Shown in pieces: positions 1 to 13,919 of a stretch of DNA of 64,000 bases. The stretch lies in NCBI GenBank assembly GCA_965637545.1, contig OZ281495.1, positions 30,566,001 to 30,630,000 on the forward strand. Direction: 5' to 3'. Below the pieces are notes generated by a model. That model was not told the DNA's origin. It saw only the letters and a list, made by a program, of their open reading frames with translations, and made no database searches. The position numbers and the translations under genes are program-made. Source of the DNA: Phallusia mammillata (lineage: Eukaryota). Every line of letters starts with the position of its first letter. The first letter of the stretch is position 1.

Positions 1-3000
1 ACAAGGCCTGAAAGTAGTTCAACAGGTGCCGTGTAAAACTTTTTAATCATGTTAACGCGGTGTAACATATCGATTAATCAAACCAGGAATTCAAAAGTCA
101 CTTTAGTGTTCGTAGTGCCAGTTATATAGGTTATGTGAGTTAATATCGTGAAACTGCTTTTTTGGGAGTGATATAAAACTTTCTGAACCACGCATTTTCT
201 TTCCAAAGAAATGATTTAAGACCACTTTCCATAGACCTATTGTAGGTTTTGGCGTCACGCATTTCAAAAATATTTCAATATTTTTCTTGACCATTATTTT
301 TTAATGTCATTCGGTCCATTATGAAAACCACAGCATAGTTTCCTGTATAAAACAGTTATTTCCGCCTCTTTCGGTTTCGGAACCCTTAAAACGGGTCCGA
401 ACCAGGTCGAACTGAAAGTACAAGCCCGACCCGAAACCGTATTTGTTTTGAAAGAAGGCCCTAAATTAGACCCGAAAGTGAAATTGAGGTCGAAAATGAA
501 GACCAGAATCAACATTCATTGCAATTGGCTACTTTGTACAAAAAATTGAATGGGGAAAATCACACTTAGGCTCGTAATCCTAACACCAAATATGTCACCT
601 TCGGTTGTTCCCGTTCATGAATGTATTACTTAAATGTGTTCGGTGCAGTCCAAGTGGTTCTTTAACTTTAAGCCGTCATCGGCAAGGAACTTGTGCTGTG
701 GCCTGTTTATGTTGATTGACGTCTCGTTATGTCAACACTCGAAGGTTGAAAGGTAGCTATGTTTGTTTTAATCGTTACCATGCCGTGCTGTTAACCTGGG
801 ACAGACTTGGAACGAAGCAGCAGTCGAGCTGTCAAACACGGCGGCGTGGTTTTGCTGTACAAAGTTTCCAATACCTCGTGTTCATGTGGATAAATGAAAG
901 GATGTGTACATTCGATGTTGATGGTACGTCTTCTATTTTCAGAGAAACATTGGATTAGCTATAAATGTTTATGTTGTCTGCTTTTGAGTGTTGTTTTCAA
1001 AAACTTGTTAGCATAGCAAAACAGTATGGAAGCTTAAGGAGCCTTTGTAGCCTCTGCTTCCGTTTTATTTTGTTGGCCTTGATGTGTATCTATGGCGGTG
1101 TCGTATCCTTCAGCAGTTATGTTATTATTTTACTAAAGCAAATTAAACTTAGCCATGACTGTAATTTGTAGTGTAAAATAAAGCGTATCATGTAAACACA
1201 CATTATTAAAGGAGAAAGTTAAGGTATATAGACGGCGGTTTTAAATGCTTGTTACGAGTTCAGGAAAGGTGCACTGTAATCCAGGAAACGGTTTGGAACC
1301 ACATCTTTTTCCTATTTTGGTTTACTTGCGAGTTGTTTAGTGTTTGATTGCATGTGTGTTTCCCGATTGGCCGCCATGAAAATGCCAACACGGAACCGAC
1401 CTGTGAGAACCAATTCTTGTTTGTTCAGTAATTAGTTTTCGTCTGTTGTATACGAATTAGGTGCATAAACTAATACGAAGAAACGAAACTGTAAGGCATT
1501 TCACTATGCAAATGGTATAACTATAAGAAATCAAACTAAATGAACGAGGGACTGCAACAGAATCTCAGTATGTATTCTACTTACATTTCTGCCACAGTTT
1601 AAAAATTTCGATCACTATACACGGGTTGTTTTATAGATATAATGAGAACGTAACGGTTTGAATGATGTTTTGGGAAGTCTCGACTAACTATTTGTAGTTC
1701 AAGTCATCTTCTTGTTGTGCCGCATATTCTTTGGCGGGATCATATATGTCCATGTGATGTAATGTTATTGATTTTTCAATTTGCTTTGTGGTAATATGCA
1801 ATCGAATTTGGTCCTTGGCTTATCGATGTACTTCTGCATTGTTAATGAACATATATGGCAAGCAGCAGCAAAAGTTATTTGTTCTGTAGCATGAAATGCT
1901 GTAATTTGATTTTGCCATTAGAAATTTCAGTAGAAACTTGTCATTTATGTCATGTTTGTAAGTTGGCCAGTGTAATTAGGGGTTCTGTACATTTATCGTC
2001 GTCGCGTCTTATTTAAATCACTACACATTTAATCACGTTTCTGTGTTGTATTTCTGTTGATGAGAACAGGGCATGGCTAAACGTGAAAACGTTATTGGTG
2101 TGTATTAACCTATTGAGGATCAGTAAAGATTTTTAAGCAACTGATTGGAAAATAGGGTATTTGTTGTTGTTGTTTTTTAAACCCTGTTTGTGTGAAGTAG
2201 TAAAGTCCCTATGTTAAAAACACCAATTTTTCCCAGTTGGAATTTTGTGTGTAAATTGTAAACCACCTAATCACGTCTTGTTTACTGTTTACCAGAAGTT
2301 ACAAAGTAAAACTTTCAATTGCTGATCTACATCTTTGGAAATTCCACAATTGTGTTGCCAAGTTTAATGAATAGAAAACTTGACTCAGAAAATCAAGTTA
2401 ATTATTAATTAAACCGATTATTGGACACTTCGATGCTAAATGCTTTAGTGCAGTCATGAATTAAACAGATTCAATTGATTTGGGCCGTTTCAAACCAAGA
2501 TTTCTTTGTGTTTCAACTGTGTATTGATTCGATTGCAAAATCAATTTTTATTCCCTATCTTAAGTACGTGTACTTAGTTGTACTTAGACCACTGTGGGTC
2601 TGTTTCTACTCGCGAGTGCACGAATACTTAGATTGAGCCGACCTGCATGAATGTTTCTGAGGAGTTGTTTACATTTGTAACTTTTGTGTTATAAGTGCAG
2701 CTTAGCTAGCAACATTAAATACACAACTTGAAAAGTTATTAATTTATTCAAAAACGAAATTACCAGAGAGGTTTATGTATAGTAAATACCCTTTACCTTG
2801 ACACAGTGGTACACCTATATAGCGCTTGGTATTACTTAATATCGTTTGGTGTATATTTTTATCGCTTGGTTAATATCCCGTTGTTGATAATAATGTACCA
2901 ATAGATCCAAATGATCCTTTATATTTTAAATACAGCCTTAAACAGATACATTTTTTTAAATCATTGCGACACCACAATGTACGATCATATTAACCTCATT

Positions 3001-3387
3001 CATCTATTGACGACAGCTTGTACAGGACATCAGCGCGTAACGTTGTGGTTGCTGGTACCACGTTCCTTAATCAAAACCTAACAAACCTTTTTACGTGTCC
3101 TGAATTAAATCGTAACAGGCCTGTGGTTTGTGGTTGAAATTCTATACTATGTGTGTCAGCTCTGTGTTTTGTTGTGGTAACCAACACGTGCATTTTGTGG
3201 CGCTCAAATGTGCTAGCTGTCTCCGTTAAGCTGATACAGTGGTCAGTTGAAAAAGGCTTGGTCATCGTCCATTTACATGTTATTTTTGGGCAAACAGAAA
3301 AAATGAGCCCATTCATATGAGATGGTTGAAGTTGCTCTTTCCGTGTTAGTTTGCATTGGTGTTGAGGTTTAAGGAGATTGGTTAAGG

Positions 3388-3603
3388 TAGGGGTCGGCAA
3401 CCTTTTTTGTACTGCGGACCGTTTTTGAAACTGAAAGTTTATGCTGACCGGCCTTCAAAAAACTACGAATATTTAGGTATGAAAACGCCTAAATTAGTTT
3501 ATTAAAAATTATCCAAATTAGTATGACTGTTATGAAGCATTTAATCTGAAAAAGTATGCGGTCGGGTAACGGACTCCTCGCGGACCGGCGGTTGCGACCA
3601 CTG
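3388..3603. mobile_element. hAT-type MITE
   Basis: TIRs TAGGGGTCGGCAACC and GGTTGCGACCACTG; flanks GGTTAAGG and GGTAAAGG (8-bp TSD, 7/8 match). Confidence 0.75.
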
Positions 3604-5016
3604 GGTAAAGGTAAAGTTGGTTGTAATTTAAAAAAGGTTTGGCCGAGGCAATAAACGTTCAAGGCACGCGAATAGTTGTACTACACTTATTTGCAACGGT
3701 CGCATTGCTTATTGTGGTTATGCAAGGTTGCTGCGGTGGAAAAAATCTCGAAAAAAACGCATTTGACCTTGTCACCCCTCCATAGCATCGTGATCAAAAA
3801 CCCTCTGTCCAAAACTTGAGAGATATTCGTGAGCTAAAAACTAGAGAAACGCTGTTTCTTGCCCAATGTATGGCATCGTGTTTGGTAAAACCAATATATT
3901 AATCGAGTTGTCAATAGATGAACGGATAATAATGGGTATGATTGCATTTTTGTTCAAGCATACAGTCTTCGCAATCACCTTTCCAACCTAATCAAACCGA
4001 TCAATATGGGTTATTTGTTTCCCTGTTCTCATAATAATCACGACATTCCGCTATTATTGTTTGCTCTTTCTGTAACAATCAGGATATTCCACAATCATTG
4101 TTCAAATCTCCTTTCTTTGTTCCTGTAACAATCAGGATATTCCACTATCATTGTTTAAATTTACGGTGACAGTTTGAGAAAATCTTTTGACATCGATTTT
4201 AGGAGACAATCTAACGTGGACACGTCTGTTTGTTGCGAGGCCTGAAATCGCCCAATGGTGTTTAGATGTTTCAATAATTCATGCGTTGACCAGTGGTAAA
4301 GATCTTTAAAAGGGAGAAATTAACCGGGCGATGTGTAAGACCTGAGATTTTCGAATAGGGTGTAACGTGTATATTACTGAGTTATTGTTGCTCGTCATTT
4401 TTTATCGTGTTCTGGGCTTTTATAAGGCGTTGTGTGCTGAGTTAAATCGTTGTGTGTGTATTTGCACAAGTTGTTAAGTTTTATAAGAATAATATATGTA
4501 TTCGAAAGGAACGCAAACCGATACAGCAGCACAGAACAAGAACTTTACTTGAAACGAAATTACCATGTGTAGTCGTGTTATATACCTCAAAATTCAGACA
4601 CATCATTGTCATCATTACTGTAGTCAATGCATAACATCCCAGCGAAGAACGCTTTAATACAGTAACAAGAGAAAGATTGATACATCAATGGAGATTCTGT
4701 TGGAAGTTGTTTGTTCTGTTACTTTTTGCAGTATTCAAAGACTTTTTTTATATTATTTTTCTGATGAGACGTCAGATTCAATTGTAGTTTTAAACCTATA
4801 ATCTTTCTAGCAATACCCGATCGTTTGAAAACTGATTGTGGTTTTGCTTGATTAATTTGCATAGTAAAGTAGGCCTACTACCCCACTATCGCTCAATACA
4901 GATGGGCAATCATGAACTGTTTTAGGTAAAAACGTTCGTCTTTGTTTAAAGGTTTAAGATCTTTAAACAATTTCTGCTGCTAATTTATTTGGATTGTTGT
5001 TTTGCATTTTCTGCAG

Positions 5017-6020
5017 GTGATTTCCGTCATAAATTTACTTGGTTGTGCAATTTGCATGATGATCTATGGTTTTGATGCCGCGACGGTAATTCATTCGCTT
5101 AATTTTTGCATTTGAAACGAAGAAGCCGTACTGAGCGTTTTAACTTTACCTTTTGTCTATTCACTGAGAGCACATTCGCAACAAACTACAATTTTAGGCT
5201 TATTACAAAAAAGACACACTTTTTCACAGAACAAAAATTTACCGAAAAAAGAGAGACTAATAATATCTTAATGTGAGAAAATGTTCTGACATGCGGGTAA
5301 AAAATGAGGTAAAAGATTACAGTTTGTGATCTAAATGGCTCAATTGACTGTGAAACAAATGCAAAAAGATAACAAAGTACTGATTGAGTGATGGGTATCT
5401 AGTGAGTAGGTTACAACCGGTAACACAATAATTTATTGATTTCATCCATCTAGTTTTGTCCCTAGACACTTGTATTTGGACACAAGTCGATTTTAATTGG
5501 GTTGGATCTTTGCACTTTCTACGCTTCACAAAACATTCAGGTCAAAAACGTTTAATTTCGGATTTATGTTCGTTTTAGTGCAATGCCTATGTTACCCATT
5601 ATTTGCAAATGTTAGAATCCGGTGATTGCTTTGGCTTGAAGTTGATAGAATGCGTTCTCGGGCAAACATAAACTAATAGGAATTAATGTTTTGTATTGAA
5701 GTGTGCTTACCACCACTTAACTACCACTTGGGTGCCTCCGCATGCAGCAAGACGTTTCGTCACTTAAACTGGTTGCGTTATCAGTAAAATAAATGCATTA
5801 GAAACTAACACATAGCGTTTACGTACACAAAAAATACAGGTTAGTTTGCAATTTGGTTGCGCGTTTACTTTTCTGATACTTTAAGAAGTCTGAATCTAAA
5901 TAAATTAACTGGACACGCGTAACGATTTCAAGTTGCAAGTTTGTTTGTTTTGTGTTATGATTGTTGCAGGCGTTATTAAGATGAAAACTTGACTTTTTGC
6001 TGCAAGAAAACGCGTTCGAG
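5017..6020 (+). other. Candidate non-coding 5' UTR exons of the adenosine receptor (5017-5085, 5970-6020)
   Basis: Two short segments each have a pyrimidine-rich TGCAG acceptor and a donor (ACG|GTAATT, GAG|GTACGT). They lie on the receptor strand, upstream of further acceptors at 7089 and 7196. Confidence 0.4.
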
Positions 6021-7273
6021 GTACGTGCCTCTGTTTAAGCTTCCAGATAATGTATGATAAAGTTGTGACCAAAGACAGCTCAGTTATTGTGCGATCTTAT
6101 GACGTTGTTGAACTATCATATTTCGTTGCGCGTGATTTAAGATGGACAGCAAATGACCGCTTGTTGACCACGACTGCTGTAAGCTTAGAGGGCATCAAAA
6201 GGGACAGTTGCTAAGCCGAAAAACACGCTTGCTATTGTGTGTTTTTGGCAGTGGTTACGATATTGGTGAATACAACTCTGTAGTGACTCTGCATAGAGGA
6301 GTAATAAAAGCAGAAGCCATGGTAAAATGTGATTTCCCGAGGCACATGAAAGTTAGTTAATGTATAGGAACTCAGGACCAACCACTGTATAATAATGTCG
6401 TATTTAAGCTATTGATGTGGATGACATTAAAAACATTTTACCCCTTATTTTGCAGTAGCATAAGAAAATCATTTCTTGTATAATGTATATTCTATATTGA
6501 CCATTGCTCAGGGATAGAGTACGTTACTATTAAAACCATAGCCGTTTCACACTCGGCAAAACCGTATGTAACAGTATCCCACCCAAGCTTGAGTCTCTTA
6601 AGATTTATCAAAGGTATCGATGTGGCCTTAAGCATTACCGAGGTCCTTGGTGGCGTTAATGGAGTGTTATTGCTCGTGGGAATAAGGAGCAAAGTGTTGA
6701 ACGATTTCCTCCCTCTGTATGAAATGATTGCGGTATATGGTTGCGGTTATCTCATACAGTAAGGTCTTGCTTTTAGTTTATTGGAACATTGTAGTTAAAA
6801 GGTTGCAGATTATTGAGATGTGGACCCTTATAATGGTCATTATGAAACGTCTTAAAGCCAACGTTTTAGAAAGAGGTAATGTTGAATACGTTGATTAGCA
6901 CCAAATAACACTGTTTTCAAAAACTGTGAAAATAATGATTATGTTCTAGATAGGGGGTGGTTGGTATTTTAGTCAGTGGAAGCTTGTGGTTACTAAATAC
7001 TTTTAAAGGGGTAACGTTAGATCTCAAAGTATAAATTTCTGGAAACGTAATAACAGCTGAGAAGACATGTCTTACCATTTCTATTGCAGGTCATTTGACT
7101 GACCTTTACAAACATGTAGAGTGTTAGGAAAAATGAAAATTTGTGGCCTATTTTTCATTAAACCTATTTGTTTTGTTTTATCTTTCTGTATTTTAGAACA
7201 AAATTGTGCAATTATAAAATGTGGTTTTAACGATTTATGGCGAATCTGCAATCTCTCCACTGTGACGTGTACA

Positions 7274-10200
7274 ATGACGTCATCGGTGCCGTTGGCTTTC
7301 TACGATGAGGAACCGACCGAGGTATTTACTAAAATCTGTTGTTGTTTTTTCACAAACGCTAAAACAAATTGGAGTTTTTTGATTTATTGAAGTGACGAAG
7401 AATCTTCGGGCTTATTTTTTGAGCTTTTAGGACAAGGATTCTTAACCTGAAAGTAAATCTGTTTTTCGTAAAAATAAATGTAGACAAGAAAATTTTTGCT
7501 TAGATGTGTAGGATAGGAACCTGAAAATATTCTAGTAACGAAAAACCGGAGTAAGTTTTGTTTTGTTATGATCAAAGTTAAATGGAGAATCTCTAATCTA
7601 GAAGCACAGACATTTATTGGGTCCACATTAAGTGTCAAAAAATACTATCAAACTATGCCCACGGCCCTAGAATTTTCGTTCAATCTTGTAACCTTGGGTA
7701 ACGCGTTTATCTTGTTGCAAAAACACTTTTGTGATTGTTTATGACTCAAGCACAACACAATAGCCATATGTCACTGGACTGACCAGGCTACGTGCTTCTG
7801 TCCACTCACGGGTTGTTTACAAAGAGATTATATCCACTTTCATCGCGTCCTGTCCCATCCGGTCTGTGTTGGCCCGGATTAACACAATAAGCCCCTGTGA
7901 CGTCATAAGGGATGGACGCGATTTGATTCGATTTGTGGCAATGACGCGCGCGGGCCGACGTTGGGGTCCTCAATCACGTGATTTCCTTAAATAGATATCG
8001 ACCTGATGTGATAGGACCCGACATGTGATTTTACAAAATATTATAACACATAGGCTAATAGCGGTTTATACAGCGCTTAGTAACAATAACCTATAATTGA
8101 TGTGAAAAATCACACAAGGTCTATAGAAAAATCTACTAACACATTTAGCTAATTTTTGAGCACTTTTCACATTTAAAACGTAATATCTCCAAAAATGCTC
8201 ACGGTTAGGGCTATTAGGGTCGGGGTAAGGCAGGGGTGGGCAACCTGTGGCCCGCGGGTCCGCAGAGATGCTTGGATTTCAAAAGCACTGGCAAACGAAT
8301 CCAATTATTACATATTTTTGCGCTGATTAATGCGCCTGGTGCTAGTTTTCTGCGATCTGTCAAATGTGGCTAGAATCAAATACGAATTATACTTGTAGTT
8401 AAGCATATTTGGCAAGAAACAAAGCAAAATCACTTTGTGTAATGCACATGTGCGGCCCGCGATCCAATTTTGACATTTATAATTGGCCCTACAGTCACAA
8501 AGGTTGCCCAACCCTGGGGTAAGGTATTAGAATTAAAAATTCAATAAAACTAGCAAAATAAATTAATTACTACTGTAAAAATTTTAAAAACTTATTTCCC
8601 AACCCAACCCCTCTTTAGCCGCTAAATAAATAATTCAACTCTTTTTTTGTGTTTTTGTTTAAAAAATCAGCACACGTAAGTCGTAAGCAACATATATAAT
8701 AGAACCAAAGAACCTTTCGTCGGATGACCGAAGCTTTTATTTTCGTTTTAGTCTCACGGCGAGATGATCGTATATATAACGGCAGAAATCCTCATCGCAA
8801 TCTTGGCCTTCTTCAACAACACGTTTGTGATCGTTGCTGTTTGCAAGTACAAGCATCTGCGCACGAGAACTTACACCTTGCTTGCTTGTCTCGCGTTTGC
8901 TGATATTGGAGTCGCATTGTTCGCAATCCCTTGTGCTATCATACTTCGAATAGGTAAGAGCTTGATCTGCATGTGGATGTGTTGTTTTTAGAAGCTTGAC
9001 AAGAAAGTTTTTTTCAGCACTTTAAGACTAGTATTGTGTGCTAAAATCGTTTCGGTGCCATGTGTGGTTTTATAGCCCTTATTGCTAAAGTGATTTCTTC
9101 ATTTGTCCTATTCTGTCACATATAATGATTAGAGCCTGTGTTTTCAACCTTTTTTCCCCGTTTACCCTTTCGCAGATTTCGAAAGTTAAACTCATCCCCG
9201 TTTGGAAACCTTTTATTTAATTTATCATTGCAACACAATTTTATCTCGAAAACATATCAATTTTTTATCCTGGTAGACAATGTTTGAGGGTTTGGTAATT
9301 GTTCGGTTTGGAAAGTTGATTTGGTAGTTCTTTTAGCATTAAGTTCGTAGTACACAAAAAACGTAAAAGGAGGTTCGAATAGAGCGAACCAAAAATCCAT
9401 GTCTTAAATAAAGCTATGCGTCATAATAATCATAAACATTAAACTTATTCCTGGATAAACAATCTAGAGGAGTGGTTCTTAACCAGGGCCCATGCCCTCC
9501 CAGTTGAGTTTGCTACATTCATTTTTGGCAGGGGCCACAGGTCTTACAGGGTGACATATGGGGGGCACGAGACCCGAAAGTTACTTTTAGGAGGCCACGG
9601 TGCAAGGTTGAGAACCACTAGCATTAGTAAAAAACTACTGTTTTAATCAAGTATACTCTGAACCTATTTTAAAACAAAGCCGCTAACGGTGTATCTAACT
9701 CCATTAGTTTTGATTTGATTTAGGTTTAGATCTTTCGGATGTACCGGGGTCTTCTGCTGAGCCGGGCCGAGTAGCTGTGGATCGCAATTTCTGTTTGCTC
9801 CTTGTGTCTTCCGTGCTCTTCCTCACACAAGTTTCAATCTTCAACCTCCTCATTATCGCCATTGATCGATTTGTTGCAATTTACTACTCGCTTCGGTACG
9901 AAAATGTCTGAGAAGCAGATTCCTTTGAATGTTGCAACTTTTAGCAGTAGGTGTAAGAAATTGAAAAACTAAGAGAAACTTGTTTATTAAGCAAAGCAAC
10001 GATTTTCTCATTCAAAACTTACTACCGTAGTGTATCTGTTAAAAGTTTTACCAAGTTGACAAATTAATATAATGCTATGTTGCGTTATTCTAGATTCAAA
10101 AAGGTTTTCTGCGCAAATGGCCTTTGTTCGTTTATCGTATGTCACTCAAATTTTTCCAAGAAAAATCGTGTAGTTTGTTTGCAAGCGTGTGTATAGTGCG

Positions 10201-13098
10201 CATTCATAGCCACATGATGTAATTTGACAGCCTTAAACAGCTTTTTAGTTTGAAATAAAAGACGGGTTCTTGATCTTAACGCTTTTGAGTTTGAAATTAT
10301 GGACTGGTAGTTTGGCAATCTTAATTCATATTTACGCTATTTAACAAACCGACTATGTGTTTTCCTTATATTGCATCTCTCTTTGCATTTTAGATACCGA
10401 GCAATTGTGACACGTTTTCGTGTAAAGCTCGGAATCGCCGGAGCGTGGATATTCGGCGCTCTTATCGGATTTTTACCTCAGTTTGGCTGGAAGCACTTTT
10501 ACATTGACAGATCCAAGTAAGTTCTACACCTCAACACACGTTTTTAACTTTACAGTACGTCAAGGCTTAACCTGCTGCCTGATATAACGTTTTGTAATGA
10601 AAATTGTAGCGTGTCAACCCTAATCCAGCAATTCAGTTTTCTTTTCATGACGAACTAGAAATTCACCATTTACCTTGACATAATCTACCTTGACATATAA
10701 TGAGTAAATGCAAAAAAACTCTATGAGACTTAATGGTCTGTAACATTGTGTACGCGTATGTATGTTTTATTTTGCAAAACTACAAAATTTTGAAAGTTTT
10801 ACAAGTTTAATGTTTGTTGGTTACCAAAGATAAAAAATATAAAAAGTTTTAATATGGTTAGGTAGGAAATTTTGAAAATAAGTATGTTTGTTATTGTCGA
10901 AGCGTGTATTTTATCATTTGTCATGATTGTGTAATCAAGTTTACAAACTTTGTTTTGCAGTTCGACAGGCAGCGGTCGCTGTGCGTTCGAAGAAGTCATG
11001 AGCATGGACTACATGGTGTACTTTAATTTCTTTGCGTGTGTACTACTGCCTCTAGTGATCATGTTTGTTCTTTACATCCTGGTGTTTAGGGTAAGTAGAC
11101 ATTGCATGGAAAGTGTTACTTAAGACGTGAACGACTTTGAGCTTATAGTTAAGCAAGCTTTTAGTTCTTACATTTGCTTTACATATACAGACATATACTC
11201 CAATTCTATTCCAGAAAATGTTTACTTTTTACCAAACAAATATTAACCTAAATTTGCTGTTTTGCTTTAAACGTAGATCTCATGTTAGTTTTGGTCACTC
11301 GAGGTTACAGTGTAGTAATGTTAAGGCAGGTGTGCACAACCTATGGCAGCCGCATCGCAGATCCCTAATTTACCAACGACTGCAAAGTGCCTTTTGATTT
11401 TGTTTCTAAAATACTGATGTAAAGAAATAGCTTTATCTCGCATATATTTGTATATATACCATCTAATGGCGCTGAAATAAATACAGATCAGTTTCTAACT
11501 TGATGCTCAGATCGAGTTAAACAGTCTGGCGATCGGTCTTAATTGTTTTAGAGCAGTTTTGAAATCAAAATATGGAGCAAAAGAGTTGTAAATGCGTCTC
11601 GGCTACCAGTGAACTCGTAAGGTTGTGCAGCCCTGTTCTCCCAACACACCAAAACCAGACCTTTTTTGTTTTGCAGTCAGCGAAACGACAATTGAGAAAA
11701 ATATACTCAGACGTGAAAATTCACCGATGGAAATTTTCCAAGTCTTCTCTCGCCTCAATCAAGGAATCAATTCAACCGACCATTAAGGGAGCGTTCAGTC
11801 CTTTGCTAATGCGTTTACAGCGTCAGTCTGTGGCCCCGCCAGTTCGAAATGGAAACCGTTACGAAACCGCGCTGACGCCGCTTGGAAACGGGAGAAGAGA
11901 CACTACCGCTTCGGAAATGTTAAGTTTCGAAACAACCCCGTTAAACGAGAGAAACGACCCGCTGCTTGGGGTTAATTGCTCCCGGATAAGTGGGATGCAT
12001 AGATCGTCTTCGACACCTACGGTAGGTTGCATTTATTGATTTTTGTTTGTATACGATCTAAAGGATGAGAGTTAGGGTTCAGGTTTAACTCTGAATTGTG
12101 CAAATCGTTTTTTTTTAATCGGGTGCGGATTTTGTTCGGGCTCTAATTTAAAGCCTTTACTTAGTAAAGTTACGGTGTTCACTTAGTTAATGGTTCAACC
12201 CTCGTGTAAGTTGCAATGGCTATTTTTTAATGTTCTATGGTACAAATAAGTGACTTCTATTGATTGGTTAAATAACTATTGGGACACCATCTTTAGTGTA
12301 GTATTATCTTGACGTTACAAGATCCAAATGTTTAAAGTGATCCTGTATTAAAGAAAGAACTTTTGACCATATGCAGCGTTTGACGTTCTTTTGAATTACA
12401 CCCATTAACTCTGTGATCACAATGGCCGGTTAACATAAATTGCATTTTGTTTAAAGATTCCTTTGATTTTCGAAACTGCGCCTTCCAATCACGTGGTTCC
12501 ACCATCTTCATCCGACCCTGATGTGAGCCCCCGCCGTGACCTCGAGTTACCTCAAACTGACACGTCAGCACCTTTTTGCCCGCCCTACAACCAATGGACC
12601 AATCAGGCGCCTTCGACGTCCGGATTCACCTCCGCCGTTTCAACTCTTCCTCGGAACGACCATTCACGTCGGGAAAGTTCGGAAATCTTCGAGATCGGTC
12701 GGTTATATTCGGACGCTTCGTCGATAGTGGCGAGTCGGACTTTGGAAGAGGGCGATAGAGAGCACGGACACCATGGGAGGAAAATGAAACGGAAATCTCA
12801 GCTGCTTCGTCGAGAGTTTCGTGCGGCAAGAAGTCTTTTCACTGTGGTTGGAGTTTTCGCTTTGTGTTGGTTGCCCTTGCACGTGATCAATTGCGTCACG
12901 CTGTTCTGTCCGACGTGTTATACTCCCGCGTGGCTAAAGGACTTTGCCATTCTGCTTTCCCACGCAAACTCCCTTGTGAACCCGATTATATACGCTTTCA
13001 ATTTAACGGATATGAAACAAGCTTTTCAGACAATCATTAAGGAGATTTGGACGGGGATGACTTCGATTTCGTGTTGTCAATCGCGGAAAACGATTTAG
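7274..13098 (+). CDS. ADORA2: Adenosine receptor, A2-like class A GPCR (7 coding exons, ~553 aa)
   Basis: Exons 7274-7321, 8752-8953, 9724-9895, 10394-10516, 10961-11090, 11677-12021, 12457-13098; all GT-AG, phases match, total 1662 nt. Motifs: YITAE (TM1), LAFAD (TM2), FLTQVSIF and AIDRF (TM3), [25 protein letters not shown] (ECL2/TM5), [10 protein letters not shown] (TM6), [14 protein letters not shown] (TM7), all close to vertebrate A2A/A2B. The start at 7274 is the most plausible; an in-frame ATG exists further upstream at ~7133. Confidence 0.92.
8231..8516. mobile_element. hAT-type MITE in adenosine receptor intron 1
   Basis: TIRs CAGGGGTGGGCAACCT and AGGTTGCCCAACCCTG; perfect 8-bp TSD GGGTAAGG (8223-8230, 8517-8524). 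Confidence 0.9.
9470..9620. mobile_element. Short hAT-type MITE
   Basis: TIRs AGTGGTTCTTAACC and GGTTGAGAACCACT. Left flank ATCTAGAG; the right TSD is not preserved. Confidence 0.6.
11327..11400. mobile_element. Truncated hAT-MITE left end
   Basis: CAGGTGTGCACAACCTATGGCAGCCGC preceded by TGTTAAGG; related to the element at 49502-49994. Confidence 0.45.
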
Positions 13099-13846
13099 TT
13101 GTAGTTCTGTTTAAATTTGTTCCTCGAAAATTCTTGATTACTGTGGTTTTTGTGTTTTCAGCATTAGGCTGTACTTGCGTCTGCGTAAAGATTCTTTGCT
13201 TAAAACAGAAAGTAGAGGGATAAGGTTAGTTTGGTCACGCAAGAAAAACAGCAAAAAACTTTTACAATGACTTGTGCCAACTGTCCACCTTTGACATGAA
13301 AAATACAGTTTATTTGCATTTTTTCTTTGATTTTATATTTTCTTGAACATCTTGATATCCGTACAATCAACATAACGTTTGTAGCAAGTTTAGGAAGCAT
13401 TAATAGTAACTTGTTTTTATTGACCATTTTACTCATTTTGCTTGCTAACAAGTGTCTTCTGTAAGGATGCTTTTTTAGTTACCTATTGGTTTTAACAAAT
13501 TCAAATATTGCAACAATAGCTTCATTGTTTTGTTTTTTCTTGTACTCTGATGCATAGTGGCAATAACTTTGATGTCTTTGTATTTGATGACTTTCAGTAA
13601 GCACCTTTTTCTGTAGTTTGTTTGATCTGTTTGTGGAGGTACACACGTTTTGTATTTGAAAGCGTTTTGCACTTTTTACGTTTTATGAAACCATTAAAAA
13701 TCGACTGTTCCTTAAAAAACAGAACTTTATTGTTCTGGCAGAGTTGTAACGCGCCTGAAATGGAGCCCGAACCCGAAATACAAGACCGGAACCGAACCCG
13801 AATCGTTTTTGAGAAGCCCGTTTACGAAAAGGGCATTTAAACTGTC

Positions 13847-13919
13847 GCCAAGATGGCCGGAAGGTCAGCGAAACCGACTTGTATTCGCAAGCTTGTGGGT
13901 TCTAATCCAGTTTCAGCCG
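13847..13919 (+). pseudogene. tRNA-derived element (pseudo-tRNA or SINE head)
   Basis: A-box-like GATGGCCGGAAGG, loop CT-TGT-AT, B-box-like GGGTTCTAATCC, followed by T-runs. The acceptor and D stems do not pair, so this is not an intact tRNA. Confidence 0.5.

Noticed and set aside
1-5000. Short ORFs of 60-110 aa in the first 5 kb
   Set aside because: AT-rich and Cys/Phe/Leu-biased, as expected of random non-coding frames; ORF 3071-3400 partly derives from a MITE end.
13847-13919. Functional tRNA-Thr(TGT)
   Set aside because: The acceptor, D and most of the anticodon stem fail to pair.
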